Positions 20,576-31,808 of a stretch of DNA of 64,000 nucleotides are shown here, piece after piece (the stretch's first letter is position 1; each line of letters opens with the position of its first letter). The translations under genes were made by a program, and so were the position numbers. Source of the DNA: Candidatus Multivoradales bacterium (GTDB taxonomy: Bacteria > Acidobacteriota > Thermoanaerobaculia > Multivoradales > JAHEKO01); contig CBDFIJ010000004.1 of assembly GCA_965248055.1 (NCBI GenBank), forward strand, positions 1,600,001-1,664,000, in the 5' to 3' direction. Below the pieces are notes generated by a model, which was not told where the DNA came from, did not search any database, and was given only the letters and a program-made list of their open reading frames with translations.

Positions 20576-22275
20576 GCGAGCGAAGGGAGTCGGAAACGGT
20601 TACCAGTGCCTTGACCCGGGTGGCAGCCTGGGAATGGGAGCTTGAGAACGATCGCCTGCGCTTGTCAGTGTCGATCGAACGAGTTTTGGCTCTGCCCAAG
20701 CCGATCCCGATGGCCCGCGAGCAGGATTTCGTCGGCAGGCTTGACGCTAGATCCGCAGAAAAACTACGCGGTGCAATGAAACGCCTGATTCTGGAGCGCG
20801 AGCCGTTCGTATTGCTGCTCAATTTCTCGGCCGGAGGCGAGCAGCGAGAGATCGAAGTTCACGCCTTGGCGTCAGAGCGAAAAAATGGACGGGTAACTCG
20901 AGTCGGCGGAATCGCGGCGCAGGCCGGAATGCATAAGTCTCCGGTCGAAATGGCCCAGGTGCAAAACCAGATCGCTCGCTTTACCAACGCCGACACAGTC
21001 ACTGGCTTGCTCAACCGCAATGCGTTTTATCGCAAAATGGACGACCTTCTAGCCGGGCGCGACGAGGCGTCCTCAATCCTCTCGCTACGAATCGGTGAAA
21101 TGCGGCTGGTCAACGAGGCCTGCAGTTTGGATGACGGTGATGAACTGCTGAGGGAAGTCGCAGACGTGATCCGCGCTCTGACGCCCGAGGAGGCATTACT
21201 CGCCAGAACCGGCGGTGGACGCTTCTTCATCTGCCTGCCGCAGCACGCTGGCGGAGCGCGCGTGGTCGCCGAACGGGTGAGCGATGGAGTGCGCGACTAC
21301 CAGTTCGTTCGTGCAGATCAAGTTTTCTCACTCTCCGTAGCGATCGGCATCGCGACCCAGACCTCAGCTCGCGAATCAGCAGCCGAGTTAGCGGCGAGAG
21401 CTCAATCGGCAAGCCGTTTGGCGTCTTCTCACGGACGCAGCCAAATTCAGGACTACGACCCGAGCAACACCGACGTCAAACGTCACGCTGGCGACCTCGA
21501 GTGGTCGGCGAGGCTGCACGCCGCTCTAGTCGAAGGCAACTTCGTTCTCTACCAACAGCCGATCGAACCTCTGCAACCGAACAACGGGATGCGATTGGTC
21601 GAACTGCTGCTGCGGATGCGCGGACCGGATGGTGAACTGATCCTTCCAGACCGTTTCATACCGGTCGCCGAAAGGCATCAGCTGATGACCACGGTGGATC
21701 GATGGGTGGTTCGTGAAGCTCTACCGCTGCTCACACAAGTCCCGGATGACGTCGGCTTCGTGCTCAATATCTCAGGTCAGAGCCTCGGGGAAACCGGGTT
21801 TTTTTCCTTTATCGCCGATCAAATCAGCCTCAGCGATGTCAACCCGCAGAGGATCGCTTTTGAGATCACCCAGACGGCTGCGATCAGCAACTTCGAACGC
21901 GCCATTCGTTTTATTTCCATCTACCGCGGGTTGGGATGCAAGTTCCTGCTCGACGATGTTGGTAGCGGCAACAACTCTCTTTTCAACTTGCGTCGACTAC
22001 CCGTGGACATGGTCAAAATCGAAGGTTCCTTCGTCCGTGGAATGCTCAACGACAGGGTGGATGAAGTGATCGTGCGCTCAGTCCACGAGATTGCCAAGAC
22101 CAGCAACATGCTGAGCATCGCCGAGTCGGTGGAATCGAAGGCCACACTGAGCCGACTGCGAGAAATGGGAATCGACTATGCCCAGGGCTATTGGGTGGGT
22201 GAACCGGAAGAACTGACAGTCACTTCACTCGGTGAAGCACTGCGCCAATCTCGCCTACGCGTCAGTCAGGCTTAG
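20572..22275 (+). CDS. Degenerate GGDEF-EAL protein with PAS-like N-terminus
   Basis: DTVTGLLNR, GGGRF, ELLLR, DDVGSG, AQGY; ATGA overlap with thiI stop. Confidence 0.85.
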   Translation: MSERRESETVTSALTRVAAWEWELENDRLRLSVSIERVLALPKPIPMAREQDFVGRLDARSAEKLRGAMKRLILEREPFVLLLNFSAGGEQREIEVHALASERKNGRVTRVGGIAAQAGMHKSPVEMAQVQNQIARFTNADTVTGLLNRNAFYRKMDDLLAGRDEASSILSLRIGEMRLVNEACSLDDGDELLREVADVIRALTPEEALLARTGGGRFFICLPQHAGGARVVAERVSDGVRDYQFVRADQVFSLSVAIGIATQTSARESAAELAARAQSASRLASSHGRSQIQDYDPSNTDVKRHAGDLEWSARLHAALVEGNFVLYQQPIEPLQPNNGMRLVELLLRMRGPDGELILPDRFIPVAERHQLMTTVDRWVVREALPLLTQVPDDVGFVLNISGQSLGETGFFSFIADQISLSDVNPQRIAFEITQTAAISNFERAIRFISIYRGLGCKFLLDDVGSGNNSLFNLRRLPVDMVKIEGSFVRGMLNDRVDEVIVRSVHEIAKTSNMLSIAESVESKATLSRLREMGIDYAQGYWVGEPEELTVTSLGEALRQSRLRVSQA

Positions 22276-22278
22276 CTG

Positions 22279-23889
22279 CTATCCGGTCGGCGGCCCCGCA
22301 GCGGCGATCTCCGAAGAAGTGGCATCCGCATATTGGGCGAAATTTTGACGAAACATCTGCGCCAGTTCGCCGGCGCGTTGATCGTAGGCGGCTTCGTCTG
22401 CCCAGGTTGCTCGAGGCCGCAACAAGTTGGATTCCACGCCCTGCACAGCCTGGGGCACAGCTAGGCCGAATCGTTGCTCGCGTTCAAAAGGTGTGTTCTC
22501 CAGCTCCCCAGTTAGGGCTGCCTCAACCATCCGTCGGGTGGCAGACAGTTTGATCCGCGAACCCACTCCGTATCCGCCCCCAGTCCAACCGGTATTGATT
22601 AGCCACACCGGAACCTCGTGCTTGGCCAACCTCTGACCCAGAAGCTGCGCGTAGACCGAAGGGTGCCGGGGCATAAACGGTGCACCAAAACACGCGCTAA
22701 AGGTCGCGGATGGTTCGGTTACCCCACGCTCGGTACCCGCGACTTTCGCGGTGTATCCAGATAGGAAGTGGTACATCGCTTGCTCGCGGGTCAGCCGACT
22801 GATCGGTGGCAAGGTGCCGAAGGCGTCGGCGGTCAAAAAAACCACCGCTTTCGGGTGTCCTCCGCAACCGTCCAGATCGACCTTGCTCAACTGAGACAAC
22901 GGATAACTCGACCGGGTGTTCTCAGTGTATCGAGCGTCATTGAGGTCCAAAGCTCGGGTTTGGGGATCAACAACAACGTTCTCCAAGATGGTGCCGAACC
23001 GTCCTGTGGTGGCATAGATTTCCGGCTCCCCTGCGGAGTCCAGGCGAATAACCTTGGCGTAGCAACCGCCCTCAAAATTAAACACTCCAGCGTCACTCCA
23101 ACCGTGCTCATCATCGCCGATCAAGGTGCGACTGGAGTCGCTCGAAAGAGTCGTTTTCCCAGTCCCAGATAGACCAAAAAACAGTGCCACGTCATCCTGA
23201 TCGCTGCCGTAATTTGCCGAGCAGTGCATCGGTAGTACCCCCCGCGCTGGAAGCAGGTGATTCATCGCGGTGAAAATGCTCTTCTTGATCTCACCGGCAT
23301 AGGCGGTACCCCCGATCAGCACCGTCCGCTGTCCAAAGTCCAGCGCAATGAACGTACCGCTCTGCGTTCCGTCTTGAGCCGGGTCGGCAAGCAAACTGGG
23401 AGCGTCAATAACCGTAAAGTCTGGCGTGAAGTCCGAGAGCACTTGAGGGTCAGGCTCGACGATGAACATGTTGCGGGCGAACAGACTGTGCCAAGCGAAT
23501 TCGGTAACCACCCGCACCTTGAGGCGATATTGTGGATCCGCCCCAGCGTAGCCATTGAAAACGTGAAGATCTTTGGCTGCTAGATGGCGCAACATCCTGG
23601 TGCGCAGGCCGTCAAAATGAGGCTGGCTAATCGAGCGATTGACCGGACCCCACCAAATGTCCTTGTGGGTGGAAGGCTCCTCGACGATGAACTTGTCATT
23701 CGCGGAGCGACCGGTATGTTCGCCGGTGGTCGCAACCAAAGGCCCACCCTGCGCCACGATCCCTTCTCGGCGCAATACGGCGCGTTCATAGAGCTGCGCC
23801 ACCGATAGATTCCAGTACTCGTCAGCGCTAGTTGATATGCCGTGAAGATCGAGTCCGTGACGACTGACTGCGGGTCCGTAGTGGGACAT
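22279..23889 (-). CDS. pckA: PEP carboxykinase (ATP)
   Basis: GEIKKS, GLSGTGKTT, IGDDEHGW, NFEGGCYAK. Confidence 0.97.
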   Translation of the reverse strand: MSHYGPAVSRHGLDLHGISTSADEYWNLSVAQLYERAVLRREGIVAQGGPLVATTGEHTGRSANDKFIVEEPSTHKDIWWGPVNRSISQPHFDGLRTRMLRHLAAKDLHVFNGYAGADPQYRLKVRVVTEFAWHSLFARNMFIVEPDPQVLSDFTPDFTVIDAPSLLADPAQDGTQSGTFIALDFGQRTVLIGGTAYAGEIKKSIFTAMNHLLPARGVLPMHCSANYGSDQDDVALFFGLSGTGKTTLSSDSSRTLIGDDEHGWSDAGVFNFEGGCYAKVIRLDSAGEPEIYATTGRFGTILENVVVDPQTRALDLNDARYTENTRSSYPLSQLSKVDLDGCGGHPKAVVFLTADAFGTLPPISRLTREQAMYHFLSGYTAKVAGTERGVTEPSATFSACFGAPFMPRHPSVYAQLLGQRLAKHEVPVWLINTGWTGGGYGVGSRIKLSATRRMVEAALTGELENTPFEREQRFGLAVPQAVQGVESNLLRPRATWADEAAYDQRAGELAQMFRQNFAQYADATSSEIAAAGPPTG

Positions 23890-24108
23890 TGTGGCTCCTG
23901 GTTTTGGCCAGAGACAGAAAGTCGGCACCGGTCGGCGCCGTTGGAGTGTTCAGTCTACCGGCTCACATTTCGCTTGCCAACAGCACCAATCCCACCGATC
24001 GCAGCGGCCCTCCTCGGTCGACCCCAGGAGATCACGCAGTTGCGATAAGCTACTCCTTGCTGTCGATGTCGCCCTTCCGGCGAACCATCAAACTAGTCAA
24101 GGAATCCA

Positions 24109-25737
24109 ATGGACGTTTCGGGTCGCAAGGTCCTGGTATTGGGCGGATATGGTCTTGTAGGGTCTGCGGTTTGCCGCGAACTACTCGCTCGAAATCCAGC
24201 CGAGATTCAACTCCACAGTTTGAAACAAAGCGAGGCCAAAGAGGCTCGGGGTGAGCTGCTAACCGAGTGGCCGGACGCCAATATTGTTCCTTCTTGGGGA
24301 GATCTATTCGGGCTCGCCGATGGGGTTGACCCCAGCCGCGAACAGGAGTTGCAATTAGAACTTCTGCGCGATCAGGACCTTCCTTCGTTTCGGCTTTACA
24401 GCCTACTGCTCGATCGCCGCCCCGACGTGGTTATTGATTGCGTCAACACCGCCACCGGAATCGCCTACCGCAATATTTTCCGATCGGCGTCCGAAGTGCG
24501 CAAAGAGTTGGCGCAAGGAAGCGTCGATAAGGAGACCGCAAACGGCCTCCTAGAAGCGCTCTACATCCCCAGGCTAATCCGCCATATTCAAGTGCTCTAC
24601 CGGGGAATGATCGAAGCGGAGACCCGGATCTATCTCAAGGTCGGAACCAGCGGCACCGGAGGCATGGGACTCAATATTCCCTACACCCACTCCGAGGAAA
24701 AGCCCAGCCGCGTGTTGCTCTCCAAGAGTGCGGTTGCTGGCGCCCACTCGATGCTGTTGTTCTTGATGGCCCGGACCCCCGGTGCCCCGATCACCAAAGA
24801 AATCAAACCGGCGGCAGCCATCGCCTGGAAACGGATCGCCGCGGGACCGATTTCTCGCAAAGGAAAGCCAATCTGGTTGGTTGACACCCAACCCCAACCG
24901 ATCGGTCAGTCCTTCTCAACCCACGACGACTCTGCAGCCAAGGTCACCGACGAGCAACTGGAAACGGTATTCATCGATACCGGTGAGAACGGGATTTTCT
25001 CCATCGAAGAGTTCTCCCTTCTGACCACTGCTTCGCAGATGGAGTTCGTGACCCCGGAAGAGATCGCCAAATATTTGATCTACGAAATCGAAGGCGGCAA
25101 CACCGGCCACGACATTATCAACGCTTTGGACAATGCGGTGCTGGGCCCCACCTATCGTGCCGGGGTCTTGCGCCACTTCGCGCTCGAGAAAATGAACAAG
25201 CTGCAAAAGGACTGTGCCTCCAAGAGCGTCGCTTTTGAGATGCTCGGACCCCCGAGGAATTCAAAGCTCTTGTTTGAAGTACACCTATTGCGCGAAGAGT
25301 TCGGATCGATGACTGAGGTCTTGCGAACTACCCCGGAGGAGATCTGTGATCGTCTCAACCAAAGGGTCAGAGAGGATCGACGTTGTGCCAGCGAGGTTGT
25401 TTCCATTGGGGTTCCTATTTTGCTCGCCGACGGCAGTCTGCTGCGCGGACCAACCGTCCTGGTACCCAGCAACGCCGACAAACAAGAAGTTACTCCGGAG
25501 CTTCTCGAGCAATGGGTTGAAGGCGGCTGGGTGGACCTGCGCCTTGAAAACTGCACCCGTTGGCATCAGCGCATGCGTACTATCTCGAGCCAGATCGCAG
25601 CGATCCCGGAAGTCGATTCTTCAAGTCGGCATATGCGCACTTCTGCGTTTTGGCAGGCCGACTCCATCCTTCAGCCCGGTAAAGTCGTCAGTTGGATCCT
25701 CACGGAAGAGGAGCACGGCGGCCGCATGAAGCGGTAA
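24109..25737 (+). CDS. Uncharacterised Rossmann-fold (SDR-like) protein
   Basis: N-terminal [11 protein letters not shown]; [19 protein letters not shown] block; good SD; 542 aa. Confidence 0.65.
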   Translation: MDVSGRKVLVLGGYGLVGSAVCRELLARNPAEIQLHSLKQSEAKEARGELLTEWPDANIVPSWGDLFGLADGVDPSREQELQLELLRDQDLPSFRLYSLLLDRRPDVVIDCVNTATGIAYRNIFRSASEVRKELAQGSVDKETANGLLEALYIPRLIRHIQVLYRGMIEAETRIYLKVGTSGTGGMGLNIPYTHSEEKPSRVLLSKSAVAGAHSMLLFLMARTPGAPITKEIKPAAAIAWKRIAAGPISRKGKPIWLVDTQPQPIGQSFSTHDDSAAKVTDEQLETVFIDTGENGIFSIEEFSLLTTASQMEFVTPEEIAKYLIYEIEGGNTGHDIINALDNAVLGPTYRAGVLRHFALEKMNKLQKDCASKSVAFEMLGPPRNSKLLFEVHLLREEFGSMTEVLRTTPEEICDRLNQRVREDRRCASEVVSIGVPILLADGSLLRGPTVLVPSNADKQEVTPELLEQWVEGGWVDLRLENCTRWHQRMRTISSQIAAIPEVDSSSRHMRTSAFWQADSILQPGKVVSWILTEEEHGGRMKR

Positions 25738-25744
25738 ACACACC

Positions 25745-27157
25745 ATGAGCCAATCTAGCTTTTATCAAGACGTCAACAACTCCTTTGACCGCGCGGCGGC
25801 ACTCACCGATCACGATGAAGCGCTGCTGGCCCAGATCCGGGCCTGCAACTCAGTCTATCGAGTGACTTTTCCCATTCGGCGCGATGATGGTTCGATTGAG
25901 ACCATTCACGCATGGCGCGCCGAGCACAGCCACCACAAGCTACCGACCAAAGGTGGGATTCGCTACAGCTTGATGGTGAACGAAGATGAGGTGCGCGCTC
26001 TCGCCGCTTTGATGACCCATAAGTGCGCCCTAGTTGACGTTCCCTTTGGCGGCGCCAAGGGCGGAATTCGGATCGACAGCAAGCAGTACTCCACCGGCGA
26101 GTTGGAACGCATCACTCGACGCTACACCTTTGAATTGATGCGCAAGAACTTCATCGGTCCTGGAGTGGATGTCCCGGCTCCCGACTTCGGTACCGGCCCA
26201 CGGGAAATGGCGTGGATCGCCGATACCTACATGGGGATGACCGCGGGAGAACTCAATTCGCTCGCCTGCGTGACTGGAAAACCGCTGGCGCAAGGGGGAA
26301 TCCGAGGACGTCTGGAAGCGACCGGTCGTGGGGTGTTTTTCGGCATCCGCGAGGCCTGCTCCTGCGTCGAAGACATGAAAGCCATGGGCCTAGCCCCGGG
26401 GGTCGAAGGCAAACGAGTGATCGTCCAGGGGCTGGGCAATGTTGGCTACCACGCAGCCAAGTTCCTATCCGAGGCGGGGGCGATCTTGGTCGGCCTCGCA
26501 GAGTACGAAGGCGCGATCTACAACGCCGATGGGTTGGACCTGGAGGCGGTCGTCGCTCACCGGCACGATTCGGGATCGATCCTCAATTTTTCTGGTGCCA
26601 ACAACCTAACCTCAACCAAGGAGGCTTTGGAACAAGCATGCGACATCTTGGTTCCCGCAGCCTTGGAGAAACAGATCACCAAAAGCAACGCCGCAAATAT
26701 CAAGGCGAAGATCATCGCCGAAGCGGCCAACGGCCCGACTACTCCGGAGGCAGACGCGATCCTGATCGAGCAAGGAGCGCTGATCATTCCTGACACCTTG
26801 CTCAACGCTGGCGGAGTTACCGTCTCCTACTTTGAGTGGATCAAGAATCTCTCCCATATGCGCTTCGGCCGCATGCAAAAACGTTCTGCAGAACAGTCCT
26901 TTAGCCGAATGATGGGAGTGGTCGAAGATCTCACCGGTAAGACCGTGTCTGATGATCTCCGCCGACTCTCGACCAAGGGCGCTGACGAAGAAGATTTGGT
27001 CAACTCCGGTTTAGAGGAAACCATGATCAGCGCATTCCATCAGGTGCGTGAGACCAAGCTCAAGTTCAACAGCGATTCCGATCTACGAACCGCGGCGTTC
27101 GTGGTCTCGATCAACAAAATCGCGCTGTGTTACGACGAGCTGGGAATCTTCCCTTAG
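25745..27157 (+). CDS. gdhA: Glutamate dehydrogenase, animal-like
   Basis: [43 protein letters not shown]. Confidence 0.93.
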   Translation: MSQSSFYQDVNNSFDRAAALTDHDEALLAQIRACNSVYRVTFPIRRDDGSIETIHAWRAEHSHHKLPTKGGIRYSLMVNEDEVRALAALMTHKCALVDVPFGGAKGGIRIDSKQYSTGELERITRRYTFELMRKNFIGPGVDVPAPDFGTGPREMAWIADTYMGMTAGELNSLACVTGKPLAQGGIRGRLEATGRGVFFGIREACSCVEDMKAMGLAPGVEGKRVIVQGLGNVGYHAAKFLSEAGAILVGLAEYEGAIYNADGLDLEAVVAHRHDSGSILNFSGANNLTSTKEALEQACDILVPAALEKQITKSNAANIKAKIIAEAANGPTTPEADAILIEQGALIIPDTLLNAGGVTVSYFEWIKNLSHMRFGRMQKRSAEQSFSRMMGVVEDLTGKTVSDDLRRLSTKGADEEDLVNSGLEETMISAFHQVRETKLKFNSDSDLRTAAFVVSINKIALCYDELGIFP

Positions 27158-27165
27158 TCTACGCG

Positions 27166-27927
27166 CTAGGAGTTAGCGGCCTGCAACCGTTCCACCAAAC
27201 CGCGTAGGGTAGCCTGCGTTTCATTAGAAAACCAAGCTTCGGTCAGGGCGTCCACGTCAGCCGCCTGGAGTTGGTCAAAGATCGCGTGGAGATCGCGTCG
27301 AACTGTCTGGCGACTGCGTAAATAGGTGTCGGGCGGCAGCTTCTGCAGTCGTCCGCAGTGTTCGACGGCTGCTTCGACCACTTGATCAGCCTCCATGATC
27401 TGATCAATAAAACCAACCGCCAGCGCTTCTTCTGGAGCGTAGAGCTGGCCGGTCGAACAGGCGATCTCCGCGGATCTTTGACCCAACGCCAGCCGTGCCA
27501 GAGAAAAAATGAACGGCGGCATCGGGATCCCGACTCGGACCTCATTCAATCCGATGGTGTAGTCCCCTTGGGCCATGATTCGATAGTCACAGGCTAGAGA
27601 CAAAACCGCGCCTCCCGCGGGACTGTGACCGGTGATCGCAGCGATAACCGGGATCGGTGAACGGGCCAAGGCTTCGACGGCGTCTAGAAAATCCTTCCAA
27701 GCCGCCTCGATACCAGCTCGATCGCGTTGCAGTAGATAGGGGACGTCAAGACCGGCGGAAAACATCCCGGATCGCCCGGACAAAACGACTGCCCGCGCGC
27801 CAGCCTCCACCGCTTCGCCCAATCCAGCTCGAATCGCTTGCAGCAACGGGGGCGACAAGGCGTTGACCGGGGGCTTCGCCATGCGCAATTCGGTGATTCC
27901 GGATCCGTGTTCGACAATTTCGATCAT
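27166..27927 (-). CDS. Crotonase family protein, enoyl-CoA delta-isomerase-like
   Basis: PPVNAL, FSAGLD, GHSPAGG, CDYRIM, IGLNE; start trimmed. Confidence 0.88.
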   Translation of the reverse strand: MIEIVEHGSGITELRMAKPPVNALSPPLLQAIRAGLGEAVEAGARAVVLSGRSGMFSAGLDVPYLLQRDRAGIEAAWKDFLDAVEALARSPIPVIAAITGHSPAGGAVLSLACDYRIMAQGDYTIGLNEVRVGIPMPPFIFSLARLALGQRSAEIACSTGQLYAPEEALAVGFIDQIMEADQVVEAAVEHCGRLQKLPPDTYLRSRQTVRRDLHAIFDQLQAADVDALTEAWFSNETQATLRGLVERLQAANS

Positions 27928-28063
27928 CAGCCACTCCACAATTTGTTCTTTTCTCCGATTGAAACCATGAGCTCCTTGGCAGAACCTCGTTCCCAGAAAC
28001 AACACTGTATCCAAGAACCGCTGGACGCCGAAGTTTTCGCTGGCCTTGGTGCCGGGCGGAACC

Positions 28064-28101
28064 AAAAAACAAGAGGCCCCGGATACCCCAGGGCCTCTGT
28101 T
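28064..28101 (-). terminator. Intrinsic terminator after tRNA-Asn
   Basis: AGAGGCCC-loop-GGGCCTCT followed by TGTTTTTT. Confidence 0.85.
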
Positions 28102-28131
28102 CTCGAAAACCGCCGGCGGCGGGTTGATGTC

Positions 28132-28206
28132 TGGCTCCCCGGGAGGGATTCGAACCCCCGACCAATCGGTTAACAGCCGATCGCTCTACCACTGAGCTAC
28201 CGAGGA
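28132..28206 (-). tRNA. tRNA-Asn(GTT)
   Basis: TCCTCGGTAGCTCAGTGGTAGAGC-GATCGGCT GTT AACCGAT-GGTTCGAATCC...GCCA. Confidence 0.97.
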
Positions 28207-28226
28207 ACGGATAGCCAAGCCGCGTG

Positions 28227-28255
28227 ATGTTAGGCCCACGCGTAGACCGTGTCAA
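28227..28255 (-). promoter_or_regulatory. sigma70 promoter of tRNA-Asn
   Basis: TTGACA-17 nt-TAACAT. Confidence 0.8.
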
Positions 28256-28283
28256 CGAATCGAGCCAAGCCCCAATAAGTGAC

Positions 28284-29981
28284 CTAGCTGTCCAAGAACG
28301 GGCGAAGTTGATTGGCTCGCGCCGGCGCCTTCAGTTTGCGCAATGCCTTGGACTCAATCTGTCGGATTCGCTCCCGGGTCACGTTAAACGAGCGCCCAAC
28401 TTCTTCTAGAGTGTGTTCGGACCCTTCACCGACGCCGAAGCGCATCCGCAACACCAACTCTTCGCGCGGTGTCAGCGACTTTAAGACACCCGCGGTGTTC
28501 TCGTGCAAACTTCTACGAACCACCGCTGCGACCGGCGCCTCGGCATTCTTGTCCTCGATGAAATCACCCAGATGCGAATCTTCCTCTTCGCCAATCGGCG
28601 TTTCCAGAGAAATCGGTTCGAGCGCGATCTTCATGATCTTGCGCACCTTGGATGCGGACAAATCCATCCGTTCCCCAATCTCAGCAGCCGTTGGTTCGCG
28701 CCCCAGTTCTTGTACCAAGGAACGACTGGTGCGCGTCAGTTTGTTGATCGTTTCGATCATATGCACCGGAATACGGATGGTTCGCGCCTGATCAGCAATA
28801 GCGCGAGTAATCGCCTGGCGAATCCACCACGTCGCGTAGGTGGAGAACTTATAACCACGACGATATTCAAACTTCTCAACCGCCTTCATCAACCCAATAT
28901 TGCCTTCCTGAATCAGATCCAAGAACTGCAGGCCGCGGTTGGTGTACTTCTTGGCAATCGAGACCACCAAGCGAAGGTTGGCAACGATCAGAGCCTCTTT
29001 GGCCTCTTCACAAATACGCTCCCCTTTCTTGATACTACGAATGGTCGCTGAAACATCGTCCCGATTGGTGGCAAAGCGCGCTTCAATTTCCTTGAGCGAT
29101 TTCGAGTACTTGCGAATTCTTCGACGGTGCAGCTTCTTCAACTCGTCATTCGATTCCCGCTCAGAGGCCAGTTTGGCGCGCCTAATATCCCGCTCCAAAT
29201 TGGAAAACTGACGATCTAGATCCTTGAGAAAGTCGGCGAGGCGATTGCGCGTCTCGGGAGAGAAATCGATGGTGCGAATATCAGTTGCGATCTTGCCGAC
29301 GAAACGGTCGATGTCTCGCTCGATTTCTTGATAGCGATCGCCACCTTCTTTGTATCGACTCTGCTGTTTACGCAGTTTGTCGATCTTCTCGTTGTTGGTG
29401 GAAATCCGTTGGAAAATCTTGCGGTTGGTTTTAATTCTCAGTGTCGCCTTTTCATCGAGAACTGACTCCTCGCCCACTTCTCCCGTGAGTCGATGGGGCT
29501 CGTTGCCACTCATCTCACTGAGTCGCAGCATTTCTTTGAGGACCAGGTCGTTGCTACACAGGGCTTCGTAGATCATCCACTCGCCCTGCTCGATACGCTG
29601 AGCGATCTCTACTTCGCCGTCCCGATCGAGAAGCGGAACGGTTCCCATCTCCCGCAGATACATGCGCACCGGATCATTGGTCTTGTCCTGTCCGGCGCTA
29701 CTGAAATCTTGCCCGGAGTCGGTCGGTTTCTTATCAAACCCACCGATTGCCTCCATGTCATCTCGGTTCTGGTATCGCTCAGGGCGATCCATGATCAAGA
29801 TCTTGAGCTCGGAGAATCGCTGATAGACCGCTTCCAGCTCACTGGCGACCGACTTCACGTCATCGGGGAGCAGTTCAAAGATCTCATCGTAGAGGAGGTA
29901 CCCTTTGGATTTCCCCAGCTCGACAAGAACTTTCGCTGCCGAAATTCTGTCTTCAATTGCTTTAATAATAGCTACCGGCAC
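28284..29981 (-). CDS. rpoD: RNA polymerase primary sigma factor
   Basis: [48 protein letters not shown]. Confidence 0.98.
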   Translation of the reverse strand: MPVAIIKAIEDRISAAKVLVELGKSKGYLLYDEIFELLPDDVKSVASELEAVYQRFSELKILIMDRPERYQNRDDMEAIGGFDKKPTDSGQDFSSAGQDKTNDPVRMYLREMGTVPLLDRDGEVEIAQRIEQGEWMIYEALCSNDLVLKEMLRLSEMSGNEPHRLTGEVGEESVLDEKATLRIKTNRKIFQRISTNNEKIDKLRKQQSRYKEGGDRYQEIERDIDRFVGKIATDIRTIDFSPETRNRLADFLKDLDRQFSNLERDIRRAKLASERESNDELKKLHRRRIRKYSKSLKEIEARFATNRDDVSATIRSIKKGERICEEAKEALIVANLRLVVSIAKKYTNRGLQFLDLIQEGNIGLMKAVEKFEYRRGYKFSTYATWWIRQAITRAIADQARTIRIPVHMIETINKLTRTSRSLVQELGREPTAAEIGERMDLSASKVRKIMKIALEPISLETPIGEEEDSHLGDFIEDKNAEAPVAAVVRRSLHENTAGVLKSLTPREELVLRMRFGVGEGSEHTLEEVGRSFNVTRERIRQIESKALRKLKAPARANQLRPFLDS

Positions 29982-30009
29982 TGCACAACTCCTTGGGCGT
30001 CATAAGCCC

Positions 30010-31799
30010 TTAATTGCGGGAACGTCCGTGCAAAGACGAAGTCAGGTGACTTCTTTCGGCCATTAGCCGATCCAATTCACCAGAGTCGCCTTCTTCCTGA
30101 GCGCGATTGATCGCCTCCTGCAAAACCAGCCGACGAGTGCGTAACCAGCGAGATCCAGTCGACCGAGCGCAGCGAAAGCCTCCGTTTCGCTACACGTAGC
30201 CGCCCTTTTTACCAAAATCCTAGCCAACAGATCAACTGATTCACTCTCGTCCGGCAGTGATCCACGGACTTCATCGCCGCTCGGAGACACTCCCGTCTGT
30301 TGGTACAAACGCAAGAAGTGGGTATAGATATTCCGCATTTGCGGATCGCGAAAAACTTCCACTTCCAGAAGCTCCTCAGCGGGCGGAATCACCTCGGCGG
30401 TCAACAACCAGCGCAATACCTTGATTTCGGTGTCAGCGATCTGCGGCACCGCTTGGCCGCTGTCCTCCCAAGACCCGGTCGTCGCCTTGCCAGTTCGGGT
30501 CGCACGGCTGGTCAAGCGTGCGGTTAGCGTTCCCGGTTGAAGACCCAGGCGGCCTTCGAAACGGCGGGAGTAGGCTTGGCGGGCGACGGCGTCTGGAATT
30601 GTCGCCAAGACTTCGCCAATCGACCGCACCGCCTTGGCTTGTGCCTGGGGATTCCACGCCGCGCCCTCAGGGGCCAAACGCTCCATTTCAAGCCACACTG
30701 CATCCTCAGAGGAACGCACTTTTTGCTGCCACGATTCGGACCCATGCTCCAGTCGCCAGGTGTCTGGATCGATGCCGGACGCCAACGACACGGTACGCAC
30801 ACTCAAGCCCTCGGAGAGAAGAATCGGTAGAGCTTTGTGTCCGGCCTGAATTCCCGCTTCATCGCCGTCGTAGGCGAGGATTACTTCTTCACTGTGTCGA
30901 CGGATCAGCTTCACTTGCTCTGGTGTCAAGGAGGTGCCCATCCCGGCGACCACGTTCTCGACTCCAGCGGCTACCGACCCGACCACGTCAAAGTACCCTT
31001 CGACCAAGACCACCGCCTCACGTTCCCGAATCGCCCGTTTGGCAAGGTGCAGGCCGTAAAGAAGATGTCGTTTGCGGAAAGATGCGGTCTCAGAGGAGTT
31101 GACATATTTCGCTTTCTCCTCCGGGTCCAAGGTCCTGCCGCCAAAGCCGACCAAGCGCCCGGCAGCGTTGTGGATCGGAAAAATAATCCGATTGCGGAAG
31201 CGATCGTAGAGACGTTGGCTATTGTTTGAGCGGGCAATCAGCCCTGCCTCCATCAAATCTTTTTCCGGCACGTCCTTGGCCAAATGATCGACTAGGGCTG
31301 TCCAGGAATCGGGAGCAAAGCCGATTTGAAAGCGGTCAATCAGTTCTGAAGCGATTTGCCTCTCTTGCAGGTATTGCTGCACCTGCGCGTCAGCCGCCAG
31401 CGCATGGCGATAGAACTCAAGAGCCTTCTCCAAAGCCAGCTCGATTTTGCGACCACTGTCGCGGGCTTTCTGCTGGCTTGGCGTCGCCGCTGGAAGCGGG
31501 ATTCCGTAACGCATAGCCAAGCGTTCAATCGCCGACGGAAAATCGTCGGCCGACATCAACATGTGCAGACGAATCGCATCACCGCCGCGGCCACAACCAA
31601 AACAGTAGAAAAGATTCTGATCAGGATCGACAGAAAACGATGGGGTCTTCTCCTGGTGCAGAGGGCACAACCCTTGGTAACCGCGGCCCGCTCTCTTGAG
31701 CTCCGTGTGTTCGCGCGCGATGTCGACGATATCGATCGCGTCGCGAACCGCGTCAACTAAATCAGGGGTGATGTGTACTCCGCCTACTGCCATGGTCAA
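30010..31799 (-). CDS. dnaG: DNA primase, apparent frameshift near 30154
   Basis: CPLH..CFGC zinc finger, YDRFRNR, EGYFD, YDGD; helical C-terminus continues in another frame to TAA at 30010-30012. Confidence 0.93.
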
Positions 31800-31808
31800 T
31801 CTTTCGAA

